DNA of 64,000 nucleotides from Octopus vulgaris (Eukaryota). Shown piece by piece: positions 49,852 through 61,760 of the stretch. The stretch's first letter is position 1. Each line of letters opens with the position of its first letter. The stretch is taken from NCBI GenBank assembly GCA_951406725.2, contig OX597815.1, positions 39,122,001 to 39,186,000 on the forward strand, in the 5' to 3' direction. A program made the translations under genes and the position numbers. Under the pieces are notes generated by a model. The model made no database searches. It saw only the letters and a list, made by a program, of their open reading frames with translations, and was not told where the DNA came from.

Positions 49852-52262
49852 AATACAAAATAAGACAAGAATGCAAAACATTCAAATAGACGATACAAAA
49901 AACGGACGGGCCATTCAAAGCCTCTAGTCAAGAACCGGATCATCCTCGCAATTTTGGCTGATTAATCTTGAGATTACTCCGATCTGGCCAGCCCCAAGGA
50001 AAAACTAAGCTACAAGCATTAGATTTGAAGGTGACAATTTCTGACTACACCAATCATGATTAATAATAGCCTCAGAATGATACTTCAAAATTGTATTAAC
50101 ATAAAAGTAAAAGGCATGGAAGTGTAACTATAAGATGATGATGATGGATGAATATAAATGGGTATAGCCAGTTGTATAAGTCATACAATTTAGCTATTGT
50201 TTAATTAAAAAAATTAAGGGCATGAAAGTAATGGTAACAGTAAATCCATGGTGGAAAGTTGCTGAGATGTTGAGAGCATCAAACTAAATAAGTACTAAGT
50301 TACTTTCTTGGTTATTTAATCAGGTTGTAGTTTAGAACCAGGTTAGTCTTGATTGAAAAGAAAAATGACAAGCATTTCAGCTTTGACTCTCCTATTTTTT
50401 TCATAAACACAGTGCATGCATCCAGGATCAAATCAAACCATTTAATAAAGGGAAATGAAGACATTAGATATGGGTAATTAAAGAAACCTTAAGATAAAAG
50501 AGCAAATCAAGAACATGATAGAAAGGGTCATAGTAAAGTTAATGGCAGACAAAGTTAGGCTGAACAAAATCCAATTTGGGTCTGTATCTAAAGCTGAAAC
50601 TGTAAATACCATATTCCAGTGACAAAAATCAAAGGAAAAAAAAAAGAAAGAAAATGTTCTTAGCTAAGAAGAAATAATTTTTCTTTGCATTTGTCCATCT
50701 GGAGAAACATTTTGAACACACCTAGTGTTTTTTAGTGTTTTTTTTTAAACTCCAGGTTTACCCTGATTGAGTAGAGCTACAGTCAAAAACACTGGCGTAA
50801 AGACCATATCATTTGTTAAAACAAGTGTACAAGAGAATTTAGTTGCTATTTTTAGAATGCCAAGTGAATTCATACAGGTGTTCTTGTTAACATGACAGGT
50901 CCAGTGTTGTACAATTAAATGCCTAATGAGACATGATACATGAATAGCCTGCAAAAGTGCTGCAAGGCACAACAGTGCTAAAAGCAGTGTCATGAAAAAC
51001 CTCAAAACTCCTCCATAAATTTGTAAGTGGTGTGCACCAATAACCAGTGGTTTATAGCTACCACCAACAAGCTCCTGCACTTAATGAGGTTTTAGTGTAC
51101 ATGTAAATGTTTAATAAAACCATATTTTAACATGTAAGAAATGATAAGCAAAAAAAAAAAACGGAAAAACGGAAAAACCATGTCCTTAAAACTCATATAC
51201 AGATAACCGAGTTTCACTGAAAAATCTACTTGTTCCAAATTTGGAAGAGTGGTCTAGAGTCAAAAGTCAATATTACAAAAACTGAAGCACCTATTATCAG
51301 CAAGATTTTACTGTCACCTGGAAAAGTATTTGGTTAATGTAGCTGGGTATCAAACAGACTGGGAATGAATCAGGACTTTAGATGACCAAGATATTCAGGA
51401 GTGGTTGGCAATGGTGGAAGCATTGACATGAAGTCAATAAACTACATGGATATGTGGTTTATACAATGAGAATTTCTCTGGTTATGTGACACAATTCAGG
51501 AGGGAGTTTTAGTGTGAATATAAAGTTAATAAAATATAAACAGATGAAAAATATTCAGGGAAGTAATTCTGTTGGCAAAAAAAGAAAAATAGAGGGAAGT
51601 GTGAAGGTGGAGAAGCTGAGTATGATAGTGGAGTGCAAGTGATGTAAGAAAATTGATGCATATAAGAGGCAAATGTACCAATATAGAAAGGAGATGTGGA
51701 TAAATAACAGTAGATAAATGACAGGTTTTAACAGTAGATGTATCTGTGGTAGGTGAAAAATATAAAAGACATAGAAAAGAAATTAGATTTCATAATGTTG
51801 GACCTCACAGACAAGGTAGAACAGCAATATATTTTGCAGTAAATTCATCCAGGTCAACAAAAAACATTTAAATTATGATGGCATTAAAACTGGATTGTTA
51901 ACACAGCTAAGAGATTACAAAACATACCAGAGAGCCAACCGTTGACAGCACTTCTACATTTTTTTTTAAAACATCAACACAAAGCTATCGAGCTGGGGAA
52001 GAAGTATAGTTGATTGAATCACCCCTAATATTTGACTTTAGATTTGGGAAGTGTTTGAACTCAAAATATAAAGATAACTAATTACTACAAATTATCTAGC
52101 CCAATGCCACAAATTCTGCAACAGTAATTACTTTTTACAGACAAACAATTGTGCCTTCACATGGACACAAATTGGTATCTAGAGAAGGATACATCCAGAA
52201 ATGAGGAATCAGTTGATGATTGATTTGTTTGTTGAAGTTCTTACAACCTTAATCCATATTAA

Positions 52263-52460
52263 CCCACTGTCCTCGTTTGTGGACAGTTGTATTTGGTTTC
52301 TTTACTGCAATAAAGGTTCGTTGGATGCAAAATAGTGCTTGCTGTATTTAATCATTGTATTTAGTTTATTTACTGCAATAAAGGTTAACTGGACGCTTCT
52401 GTATGTTTGTTATTCCTATTTATATAACTATCTTCAAAATTTCAACAGGGTTAAAATGGG
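52263..52460. mobile_element. Possible piggyBac-type MITE (family C)
   Basis: TTAA|CCCA...TGGG|TTAA with an internal direct repeat TTTACTGCAATAAAGGTT (x2); TIR very short. Confidence 0.45.
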
Positions 52461-52619
52461 TTAACATAACACTGAAGTTACCAGAATAGAGTTTTGCCAG
52501 AATCTTTCAGTTCAAAAAGACTGGATACAACTGATCTTTTAACTGCCATGTTATAGTCCATCAGCAACATTCATGGTTTTTGACACCAGGAGTTACCATA
52601 TTCATTATGTATTGCCACC

Positions 52620-52949
52620 TTGTTGGCTCCCGTGCCGGTGGCACATAAAAAGCATCATCCGAGCATGGTTGATGCCAGTGCTGCCTGACTGGTTCCTGTG
52701 CCAGTGGCATATAAAACACACCATTTGAGAGTGGTTGTTACCAGTGCCGCTTGACTGGCCCCCTGTGCTGGTGGCACGTAAAAAGCACCCACTACACTCT
52801 TAGAGTGGTTGGTATTATGAAGGGCATCCAGCTGTAGAAACCTTGCCAGAACAGATTGGAGCCTGGTGCAGCCTCCTGGCTTGCCAGTTCTCAGTCAAAC
52901 CGTCCAACCCATGCCAGCATGGGAAACGGATGTTAAAAGATGATGATGA
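52620..52949 (+). mobile_element. RTE LINE 3'UTR copy
   Basis: Colinear with 4740-5050; ends GTTAAAAGATGATGATG. Confidence 0.82.
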
Positions 52950-53427
52950 ACATGCACTTTTTACTTAAAATTAAATGTGTCCATTATACATAAGTAAATG
53001 TTATTCCTCTCCCCTCCAATCCCTGCATGTACGGATCACATTAGGAAAAGCAGTTACATCTACTGCACAAGCTTAATTGATAAACATTTTATTACTTTTT
53101 TAAAATCACTTATATTACATTTTCCCTACAAATGTTCCTTCTATTTCACATGCAAGTCCAAACTAGACAGCATGTCAATAAATGTCTAACGAACGATAAC
53201 AAAATTTTGTTTGTAATTGTTGATAGGAAACAATCAGAATATAAGTGAGGCATTGGTAGCCATGACACATTTAATGCTATCTATGCGCAGGCTCATAACA
53301 ATTTTTGCCCTATGAAATTTCAGTGTATGAGCTTAGCCAAGTGCAGCTTACTTCATGTTTGACATCAAACTATCAATATAAAAGCTTCATGCAACCATTG
53401 GCACAGTCTCACTACTTTGATCCATTA

Positions 53428-53776
53428 GGCACAGGCATGGCCATGTGCTTAAATTTTTGTTACCGTATTTATTCTGAGATGCTCTGTGTTTCTTTCAATT
53501 AACTTTAAATATAACAAAGAAATTAGTAAAATAACTTTGTTATCATTAAGCTGGTGTTAGGAACAAATTTTGACTATGGTTTGGTGGTAGATTTTAATTC
53601 AAAATTTATGAAAACAAGACATTTGTACTACAGAGCCAGAGGTGGTCTCAGCCGGGTTGGTATCAAAAGGGTTAAGAAGTTCGCCTTACAACCATGTGGC
53701 TTCAGGTTCAGTCCTACTGCATGGCACCTTCAGGTCAACCAATATCTTGTGAGTGAATTTGGTAGGTAGAAACTGA
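53428..53776 (+). mobile_element. tRNA-derived SINE interrupted by a piggyBac MITE
   Basis: GGCACAGGCATGGCCATGTGC-TTAA-[MITE]-TTAA-GAAGTTCGCC...CAGGTTCAGTCCTACTGCATGGCACCTT. Confidence 0.8.
53453..53671. mobile_element. piggyBac-type MITE (family A) inserted in a SINE
   Basis: Colinear with 2200-2419; TTAA at 53449-52 and 53672-75; splits a SINE head. Confidence 0.87.
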
Positions 53777-56242
53777 TCTTGTACATGTGTCTTTCTGCAG
53801 GATTTGACAGCCTAAAGTGGTTTGTTTATAAACCTTAACATAGCAGTTCAGTAAAATGAGACTTATTAATAGAATACAAAATCCTAAATGAAATGATTTT
53901 AAAACATTTTAATTTGATTTGCTGAAAATTTAAAATTCTGTTTAAAGAAAACAGAAACACACACACACACAAACTAAAAAGAATTACAAGAACCTGAATG
54001 TTTAATGCTCAAATACAAAAATTTGAAGATTTTCTTTCTTTTGAAAAAAGAAATGCAAAATAAAAATGGGTTTTTAAAACAAAACTAAAATAAGTATGCT
54101 CAATATATAAACTTTCTCTTGTGACAACACAATAATGTTATGCATCACTAGTAACTGAATAGTAAAGTTAAATACCTCTTTAACTACACCATCATTATCA
54201 AAATGAGATTTTCCAGAAAAAAAAAAAAGAACGTGATTTCCACAATGTCAAATTAACAGGTGTACTTTTATGGTCTACACTAGTAAAGGTCATAAATTAC
54301 TATTGAACTTACTTTTGTTTTGTCTAGGTCTCATGAACTTTCTCAATGTATCATATAAAAATTATAAATCCAACTAAAACACTCTTCTCATGGATTGTAA
54401 TATCCTAAAGAAATGCAGGTGCATTTATTCCAAATATTTTTTCTACTTTTTTCACTACCCATAATTAGTGGTATGCAACGCATATGAGTGTGTATTATAA
54501 ATGATAGAGGGAAGATGGCATATGCAGGTTCTTACTTTACTCAAGGGTATTAGGAGTCAAAAGAATTAGTTGAATGCTCACTTCGCTGGGAGTTTATTGC
54601 TTGCATTAAAATAGAAAGCCTTGTAACAATATCAAACTATGTGCAAATTATAATTACTACCAAACCTCCGAGTGACAAAATTACTTATTTTATTTTTATT
54701 TTGAACTGAATAGATGTAAATAATTAATTAGCATGACTGACATGAAGTAGAGACTCCTAATCTTGTTTAATTCTGGTTACAGGATAAACACATTAACCCC
54801 ATGACCAACAAGGCAGCTGGTAATAAAGACATGTAACCAATCCTGAAATGGTCCAGTTAAAACCATGTGAAACATCATGAGCAAAAAACCAAATAAAAAC
54901 AAAAAAAAATGGTGAATTGGAATCTATGAGAAAATTCATCAAAAACAGATGTCAATTATGATCCATCATAAAACAATTGTATATGAAATTGAATGCAAGA
55001 GGAAGGAGTGAGAATAAAAATTTAACAAGGCTGCTTTTGTGAATGAAACTATAAAAACTTAATACCTCAGTGATTATTATATGCTATGCTTCATGAATGA
55101 CACTTTCACAAAACAATTATAAAAATTGTTGACATTGGATCTATCAAACTCTCAGTAAATAGCTCATCCATTACAAATTGTAAACAACTCTGAAAAACTT
55201 CTGATAATTTGAAAATATGTTTTGACATATTTAAAGTTAGTGTCTTTTTAAAACAGAAAATAAGATAATTTGAGATGCATCAGTACAACCTATATAATAG
55301 AATATTTAGGCTAGATATGGCCAGTTTAAATGTTAAAGAGCTAAGAAAGTCACACAAACTGACTGACTTCAAACTTTTATTAGCAATGGCTCAGAGTGAT
55401 GAAAGTTAAAAGAGAATATAAAAAGATGAGTGGAAAAAAAACATGAAATCAAATGTTTATTGGCACAGACTGATTGAAACAGCTACACAAGCCAAAAGGT
55501 GGGGAGCATTACATGGTGGCTTGACCTGTTAGAAACAACAGTCCAACTTCACTTGAGTTACATCTGACCACAAAAAATTACATCTAAAACTACACAGTAT
55601 AACATAATATAAGATATGAGGGTATTGCTGGTATTTTTTTTTTTTTTCCATCAAAGGTCTATCTGCTAAATCAGGTCCAACTAAGATCAAACAACTTGTA
55701 GAAATTTAAATTATAATTGAATACTCTTTAAACTGGATTGTAGGTATTTTACCAACAAGCAAATATAATGTATGATCCAGAAACCATGGAAACTGCTGAG
55801 CCAGCATCTTTAAATGTTAATCGCCAAAAGTTTGGAGGGGGGAGTATTACAATGAGTCGATTTGCCATTAGGGATGAAAAATTGAAGGTCTGAGACAACT
55901 GTATTTCAATTTTTTTTCTTTTTCTTTTCTAGAAAGTAAGAATATGAAAGCTAATACCAGGGGTATCTTAACATTGTAGTCCCCTGCTAGGAAAAACAAT
56001 GCAATGGGGTTCCAACATGCATAAGCATATCATACATGGTCTAGTACTGGAGCTTCCCAAGCAACTATCCTGTGTACTCATGTCTGAGAAAAGCACTGGC
56101 TCATACAACTGCTGTAGAATTTAGACACTAACAAGGTTGCTTCCCGTGACCATAATATAGTAATGAGCTTATTGTATAGAGTGCTCAGGTGCACTGCAAC
56201 CATTGTATTAGTTTCCATATTCTTTCTTGCCAAGAAAGAACA

Positions 56243-56608
56243 GTACTTTGGGGTTATCTCACCCCCATTAAAAAAATTGGGTTATGTCCCCACTAAAATA
56301 TCGAGTTTATGTGGTGACAAGAGACTGGGTTAGATCCTTTTGATTCAATACTTTAACACATTGACTTTTGGCCTCCTCAATAGGCATGGTATGATTTGTT
56401 ATAAAAATGTTATTAGATTCAATAAAATGTTTAATTTTTTCAGTTCTGTATGATTTGTTGTTAAAATATTATCAGATTCAATGAGACATTTAATCTTTTC
56501 ACTTTCCATGTTTATTAAGTTTTTTTCTTTTATCAAGGGTTAAACAATATTTTTAGCTGGGGGAGATAATCCAATTTTTTAATAGGGATAAGATAACCAA
56601 AAAGTACC
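56243..56608. mobile_element. MITE with ~60-bp TIRs (possibly Mutator-like)
   Basis: GTACTTTGGGGTTATCTCACCCCCATTAAAAAAATTGG... is mirrored by ...CCAATTTTTTAATAGGGATAAGATAACCAAAAAGTAC; imperfect flanking duplication (gaAAGAACA/atAAGAACA); internal ~59-bp tandem duplication. Confidence 0.75.
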
Positions 56609-59600
56609 ATAAGAACAAGTGTCCAAAGTGTTAGATTTTTCATTCCTAACAGGAAATTAACAAGTATAATTAATTATGAACTTTGTGATATAGTTGGACT
56701 ATAAAGATTAAAAGTGGCTATAATTATTTGTTAAAATTGCTTGCTTGAGAGTCAAACATAGAAAAATAATTATTTCAATAGAATAATATATATAAGGCTT
56801 TTTAAATCTTTTATCGAGAAAACCTTGTTTACATTCTAATAAAACTATTCCACAAAAAGGAAAAAAGTAGAAGATAACAGATGTTTCAAATAAAAAAAGT
56901 AATGTTCTTAGGCTTTTTAAATTACTAAATTATTTTGAAAAATGAAATCTTTTATCCTAAGTAACACCATGTATTATTAAAAGAAAAAGGACCAAGATAC
57001 AGAAAACTAAGAATTCTCAATAATTAAATAAAAGCAATTACAAAACTTTTTAGAATCCAATAAAATAAGGCTTAATAGTCTTATACCAAAAATCTGCAAT
57101 GCTACTGCTGCTAGATTTTCTACCACTGCTGCTACTATGATCACTGACAATATTCTAAGTATCATCATGTGGCTGGAGAATCTCTCCAGCCATGCACCAT
57201 AGCAAAACAACTTCTACTACCACTGTTCAGAGATTTAGCACAAATAAAGTATTTTTCTTTGTAAGCACAAGAAATATGCTGTGTAAAGAGGGAAAAAAAT
57301 GGACCCAAGTCACTTGTTATTTGTTTCACAATCTGAGAAGGTGGAGGAAGGGAGAGAGAAAAAGGAAGAGAAGGATGGTGGATGTTTGGAGGGAACTAAT
57401 GCGAAAGTGACTCATACAAAACTTATTTATTCTCCCACTAGCTCACCTAGAAAAGTTGGCAGTGGTAGCAGTAGTATTATCACTAGTTAGCAGACAGCTA
57501 ACTAGAAGCAGCAGTCATAAGTACTAATCTGACTAAATTGAACATAGAGTTATTTCCAATAGGGATATCATATGGCTAGTGAAACACCCCCTCCTTACAA
57601 AGGCAAGGGAAGGGAGTTTGCATTTTGGGTGGCAAGCTAGCACTTGAGAAATAAATTATTAGGTATATAAATTTCACACCCACCCAACAATATTGGAGAG
57701 TTGGAGCTGATACAAAAAAAAAGTTTATCTCTCTTCTATAAAAATAAAGTGTTAAATTCAATATATGTAGGAATTCTTTAAAGTGAAAGATTTACAAAGA
57801 AATAAAACCATCGCAATTTTTATCTCTGGCTACTGATGAAAAGCAAATACTAAAACAGTACTTGTAAATCATTACTATCATGGCAGGGAGGAGGAATGAA
57901 TTTTACTCTATTTTCATTAGTTTCCTTTTGTTCTTCCATAAACAAAGATGATAAAAATCAATCTTACTTTTGTACACATTAAACGTGTAACAAAAAAAAA
58001 AGCGTGTGTGTGAGAGAGAGAAGAGAGATTTAGATAAATCACATAAAATGGATGAAACATAATAGTATACTGGATATAGAATGAAATGGGCACAGAAGTA
58101 GATATATTGCAAAGCCATGTGTGGAGATTGAATTAATTTTCAGTGGGGAAAATTCTTTCAACTAAGTGATTTCCAGAATTACACTGCAGGAATTTAATTT
58201 CCATATTTGCATGATGCTTGTGTGTTAAAAAGTTAATACAATCATTCAGTTCTTCAGTTATTGCATAATGCTGGCCAACTCATAAAACCAATACATTATT
58301 TTTATATTTAGATACAGCAAGGAATGCAGATATAAAAAAACATAAAACGATAAAAATGTTAGCACCTGTTGGTATATTATCTCTTTTCATATACTCTTTT
58401 ATACCTACCACTTATTTTCATGGTGCAATCTTTAACAATACACTATTTTTCCTTGTTAATTCTAAAAATCAATTAGTGCAACAAAAGTGAAATATATAAA
58501 AAAAAATTAAGTTTCCCTGGTAAAACAATTTTGTTTATTTGCCAAAAAGTTAGGTAAAACTAAAATACCATTAGAGTGGGCAAGCAGAATTTAGAGAAAA
58601 AAAAACAACAAAAAAACACTTGGTAACAAAGATAGCAAGCATGAATAATAAAAACAAGTATCTGAATGATGTACAAAGGAAGAAATAATTTCAAAACCAA
58701 TGACTAGTTTGGATATTTATAATATAAAGAATTCTTATCACAGCAGAATAAATAGATCAGATAAGAGAGTTCTCTCATCTTAATATGATAATGGTCAATA
58801 TCATACAAAATGTAGCTGATTGTGCGACAGGTTTTTCTGACTAGTTATAAATTGTATAGCCTTATGTTATTAACCTGTTTTTTTGCTTCTCTCTACTTAT
58901 CACAATATATGGAACATCTATATGTTGTCTTTGAGTACATTCACACCATCTTCAATCAATCTGAAACATTAGTAAGATTGGTTGTTGCATACATGAGTCA
59001 GTTCTGTGCAAGCAGATTCACAGCACAGGTCTAGCTAGACAAAAGAACTCTTCAGAGCAATCCGCATGTACTGCACCTAGTGATATGTTAGTTTTCAAAA
59101 AATTATACAGTGTGTATTCAATCATGCAGTGACTGGTTGTTTGAAAAGTGTATGATGGTGAGAGCATGCTGATATCCAAATTAGAGTTTGGTGAACACAT
59201 GGATGTCATAGCTATTTTCAAATGTATGAGTGTTTGGCATTTGCCTAATATACAGACATGTATGTAACAGTTAAACATGGAGGTTGTGCAAGGTAGAGAA
59301 ACTTAATATTCTAATTCCACCTTGCATGAACAGGTGTACTTATGTATGTGCATGCAGAGGACATGAGGGTGCAAAAGACATCTTGAATAGTTTGTTTGTA
59401 CCAAGTTGGGTGCATAAGATTTGATGTCTGTCAAGAGACAAAATATCTGAAGTCATAGGAAAATATAATTGTGAGGTCAGAAGGCATAGGATGCTACATA
59501 TGCAGAGTAAAGTGACAGAAGAACCTGCATATTCTAACAAGGACAGAAGACAAGAATGAATTGAAAGCTATCTCATTTGACAGGTTATGTCAATGGAGAT

Positions 59601-60554
59601 TTTAACAGTTTATCAGAGTTTAACAGAGTTGGTACACTGCACACCAGTCTTTGGTGTGCTTAACTAGTAGTGATATTAAGTATTGTTTATGAATGGGCAG
59701 TAACTTTAAGTCAGTATGATTTAAAAGGTGTTGGGTACTTATTTTTTATATTGCTTTTTTCCCTTCATTAACAAATAATCATGTTTAGCTGCATGAAATT
59801 ATGGAGCCGAGTGGAGGATATTGACATTAGAGAAATGACTTGTTCACTGGTGAAATTTAAGATCTTCAAAAGTGTTTGAAGATCTTAAATGGAATTTAAA
59901 GGTTATGAATTATGATTCTGTTGGATCCTAAAACTGCTATACTGCACTTCACATTATCAGTACTTACATTCCTTAAATCCTTAAAATCCTTAAAAATGTT
60001 TTAGCCCGAAGGCCGCGGCCATGCTGGGGCACCACCGCTGAATCATCAATTTATTTTAATTTGCAGTGTTTCAGATGAATATAGAGATATATTGTCAAGG
60101 AACACTTGAGCAAGTAAACAATACGTATTTATTGTATGAACTATATTGAGTGTTAGAACCAAGGAAGTGATATGATGTTGAATGGATTATAATACCTTTT
60201 AGAGCATTGGAATATATGTTTAAATCAATGGTCGAACCCTTTTTTTCCCCACTTACTGGTTTGGTAAGGAAGTAAGGGCTATGCACATGGCCTTTGTAGC
60301 CCCTCTAAGATCAGTGCAATTGATCCTGTTAACCTACCACTTCAATTGTATGGTGCAAGTCAATAGGCTGAGAAACATGTCCAAGTGGGGAATTCTAAAC
60401 AACTAATATTTTGGATGTAGTGGGCATGTGCTGATTTTGAAGACTGGAAAGAGAGTGGGCAATGAGATGAAGAATGAAAAGTTAGTCACATGTGGTTTAA
60501 TTAAAGTGGCAGAAAATTAGTCAGCTTGAAGAGGTAGAGGTATCTGTAGTAATA

Positions 60555-61760
60555 TCAGGTGATTAAGAATGGAATGTCCGATTTTCTGATGCACCAAGTT
60601 TGACAGTTGTTAACTCGAATGTTTTATCCTCACAATTCTTTGTTTTACAACACTGAGGAGTTACATCACTTTTTGAAATGCAATTCATGATGTCTGATTA
60701 TATTACGAGTTTTCTCTTATAAATCAATTTTTGTGAACCCATGGATAGATCAAAAATTTTTGTTGTTTATGAATATGAGTTCCGTCTTGGAACCAACGCA
60801 GCCCAGACAGCTCGAAACATCAATGATGTGCTTGGTGAAGATGTGGCGAATGAGCACACTGTACGTCAAGAGTTTGAGGAGTTCCAGTCTGGTGACTTTA
60901 CTCCTGAAAATCAGCCCCATGGTAGACCTAAAGCCAAAGTGGAAAATGATGAGGTGGAAACTGTAGTGGAAGTAGATACATCTCAAACTACACGTGAGTT
61001 AGCAGCAAGGTTTGATGTTTCAATTCCAACTGTATTGGACCATCTGAAACCAATCAGCATGGTAAAGAAGCTGGACAAGAGGGTACCACACGAACTGCAC
61101 AAGCATCAAATGACAAGTCATCTTGAAACTTGCTGTTACAGCATAAAAACAAACCATTTTTGCATTGTATTCTTATGTGTGATGAAAAAGGGATTCTTTT
61201 CAACAATAGCAAGTATTCTGCATGGTGGTTGGATAGAGACAAAGTGCCAAAACACAATCTCAAAACGAATATTTGCCAAAAAAAGCTAATGATATCAGTT
61301 TGGTAGTCCAGCACTGGTGTCATCCACAACAGTTTCAGGAGACCTGGTAAGTCAATTACAGCAAATGTATACATCAACCAACAGAATGAAATGATGAGTG
61401 AACTTGCAATTAAACAACTGAGATTGGTCAACAGACACAGGCCAATTCTCTTCTAAGAATGCTCGACCACATGTTGAACAAAGAACACTACTCAAGCTAC
61501 AGGAACTAAACTTGGAAGTATTCTGTCATCCACCATATGCACCAGAAAAAAAATCTGAAGAAGATGCAAAAACAGTCTTTTGTGATTTCATCACTTCTTG
61601 CTCTCCAGAATTCTTCGCTGCCGGCATAAATAAGCTACCAATAAAATGGCAAAATAGTGTTGATAATTTAGGTGCATACTTTCATTAACTGCATTGCTTT
61701 TTTATTGAAATAAAATAAACTTTCAGTTCAAAATCAGACATTTCATTCTTAATGACCTGA
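60555..61760 (+). mobile_element. Mariner (Tc1/mariner) DNA transposon, near full length, decayed
   Basis: TIRs TCAGGTGATTAAGAATGGAATGTCCGATTTT ... AAAATCAGACATTTCATTCTTAATGACCTGA, flanked by TA at 60553-54 and 61761-62. Confidence 0.93.
60741..61688 (+). pseudogene. Mariner transposase pseudogene (Hsmar1/cecropia-like)
   Basis: HTH region YEFRLGTNAAQTARNIN, GRP and RVPHEL (WVPHEL); out-of-frame CDEKGI, NARPH and HPPYAP remnants; ends GAYFH*; frameshifts and a deletion after the YSPDL-type motif. Confidence 0.92.

Noticed and set aside
49850-50030. Possible second Penelope-type hammerhead module on the minus strand
   Set aside because: The sequence looks repeat-derived but no intact CUGANGA/GAAA pair can be read
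57170-57192. Helitron 3' terminal hairpin
   Set aside because: A 10-bp stem is present but there is no CTRR terminus at the expected distance on either strand
59998-60040. Short GC-rich island as a regulatory element or ribozyme
   Set aside because: A diverged copy at 31875-31915 indicates an interspersed-repeat fragment, and I could not build a complete ribozyme fold
60741-61289. 182-aa ORF as a functional or domesticated transposase (SETMAR-like)
   Set aside because: Frameshifted before the first catalytic Asp, WVPHEL mutated, DD34D region partly deleted, no SET fusion
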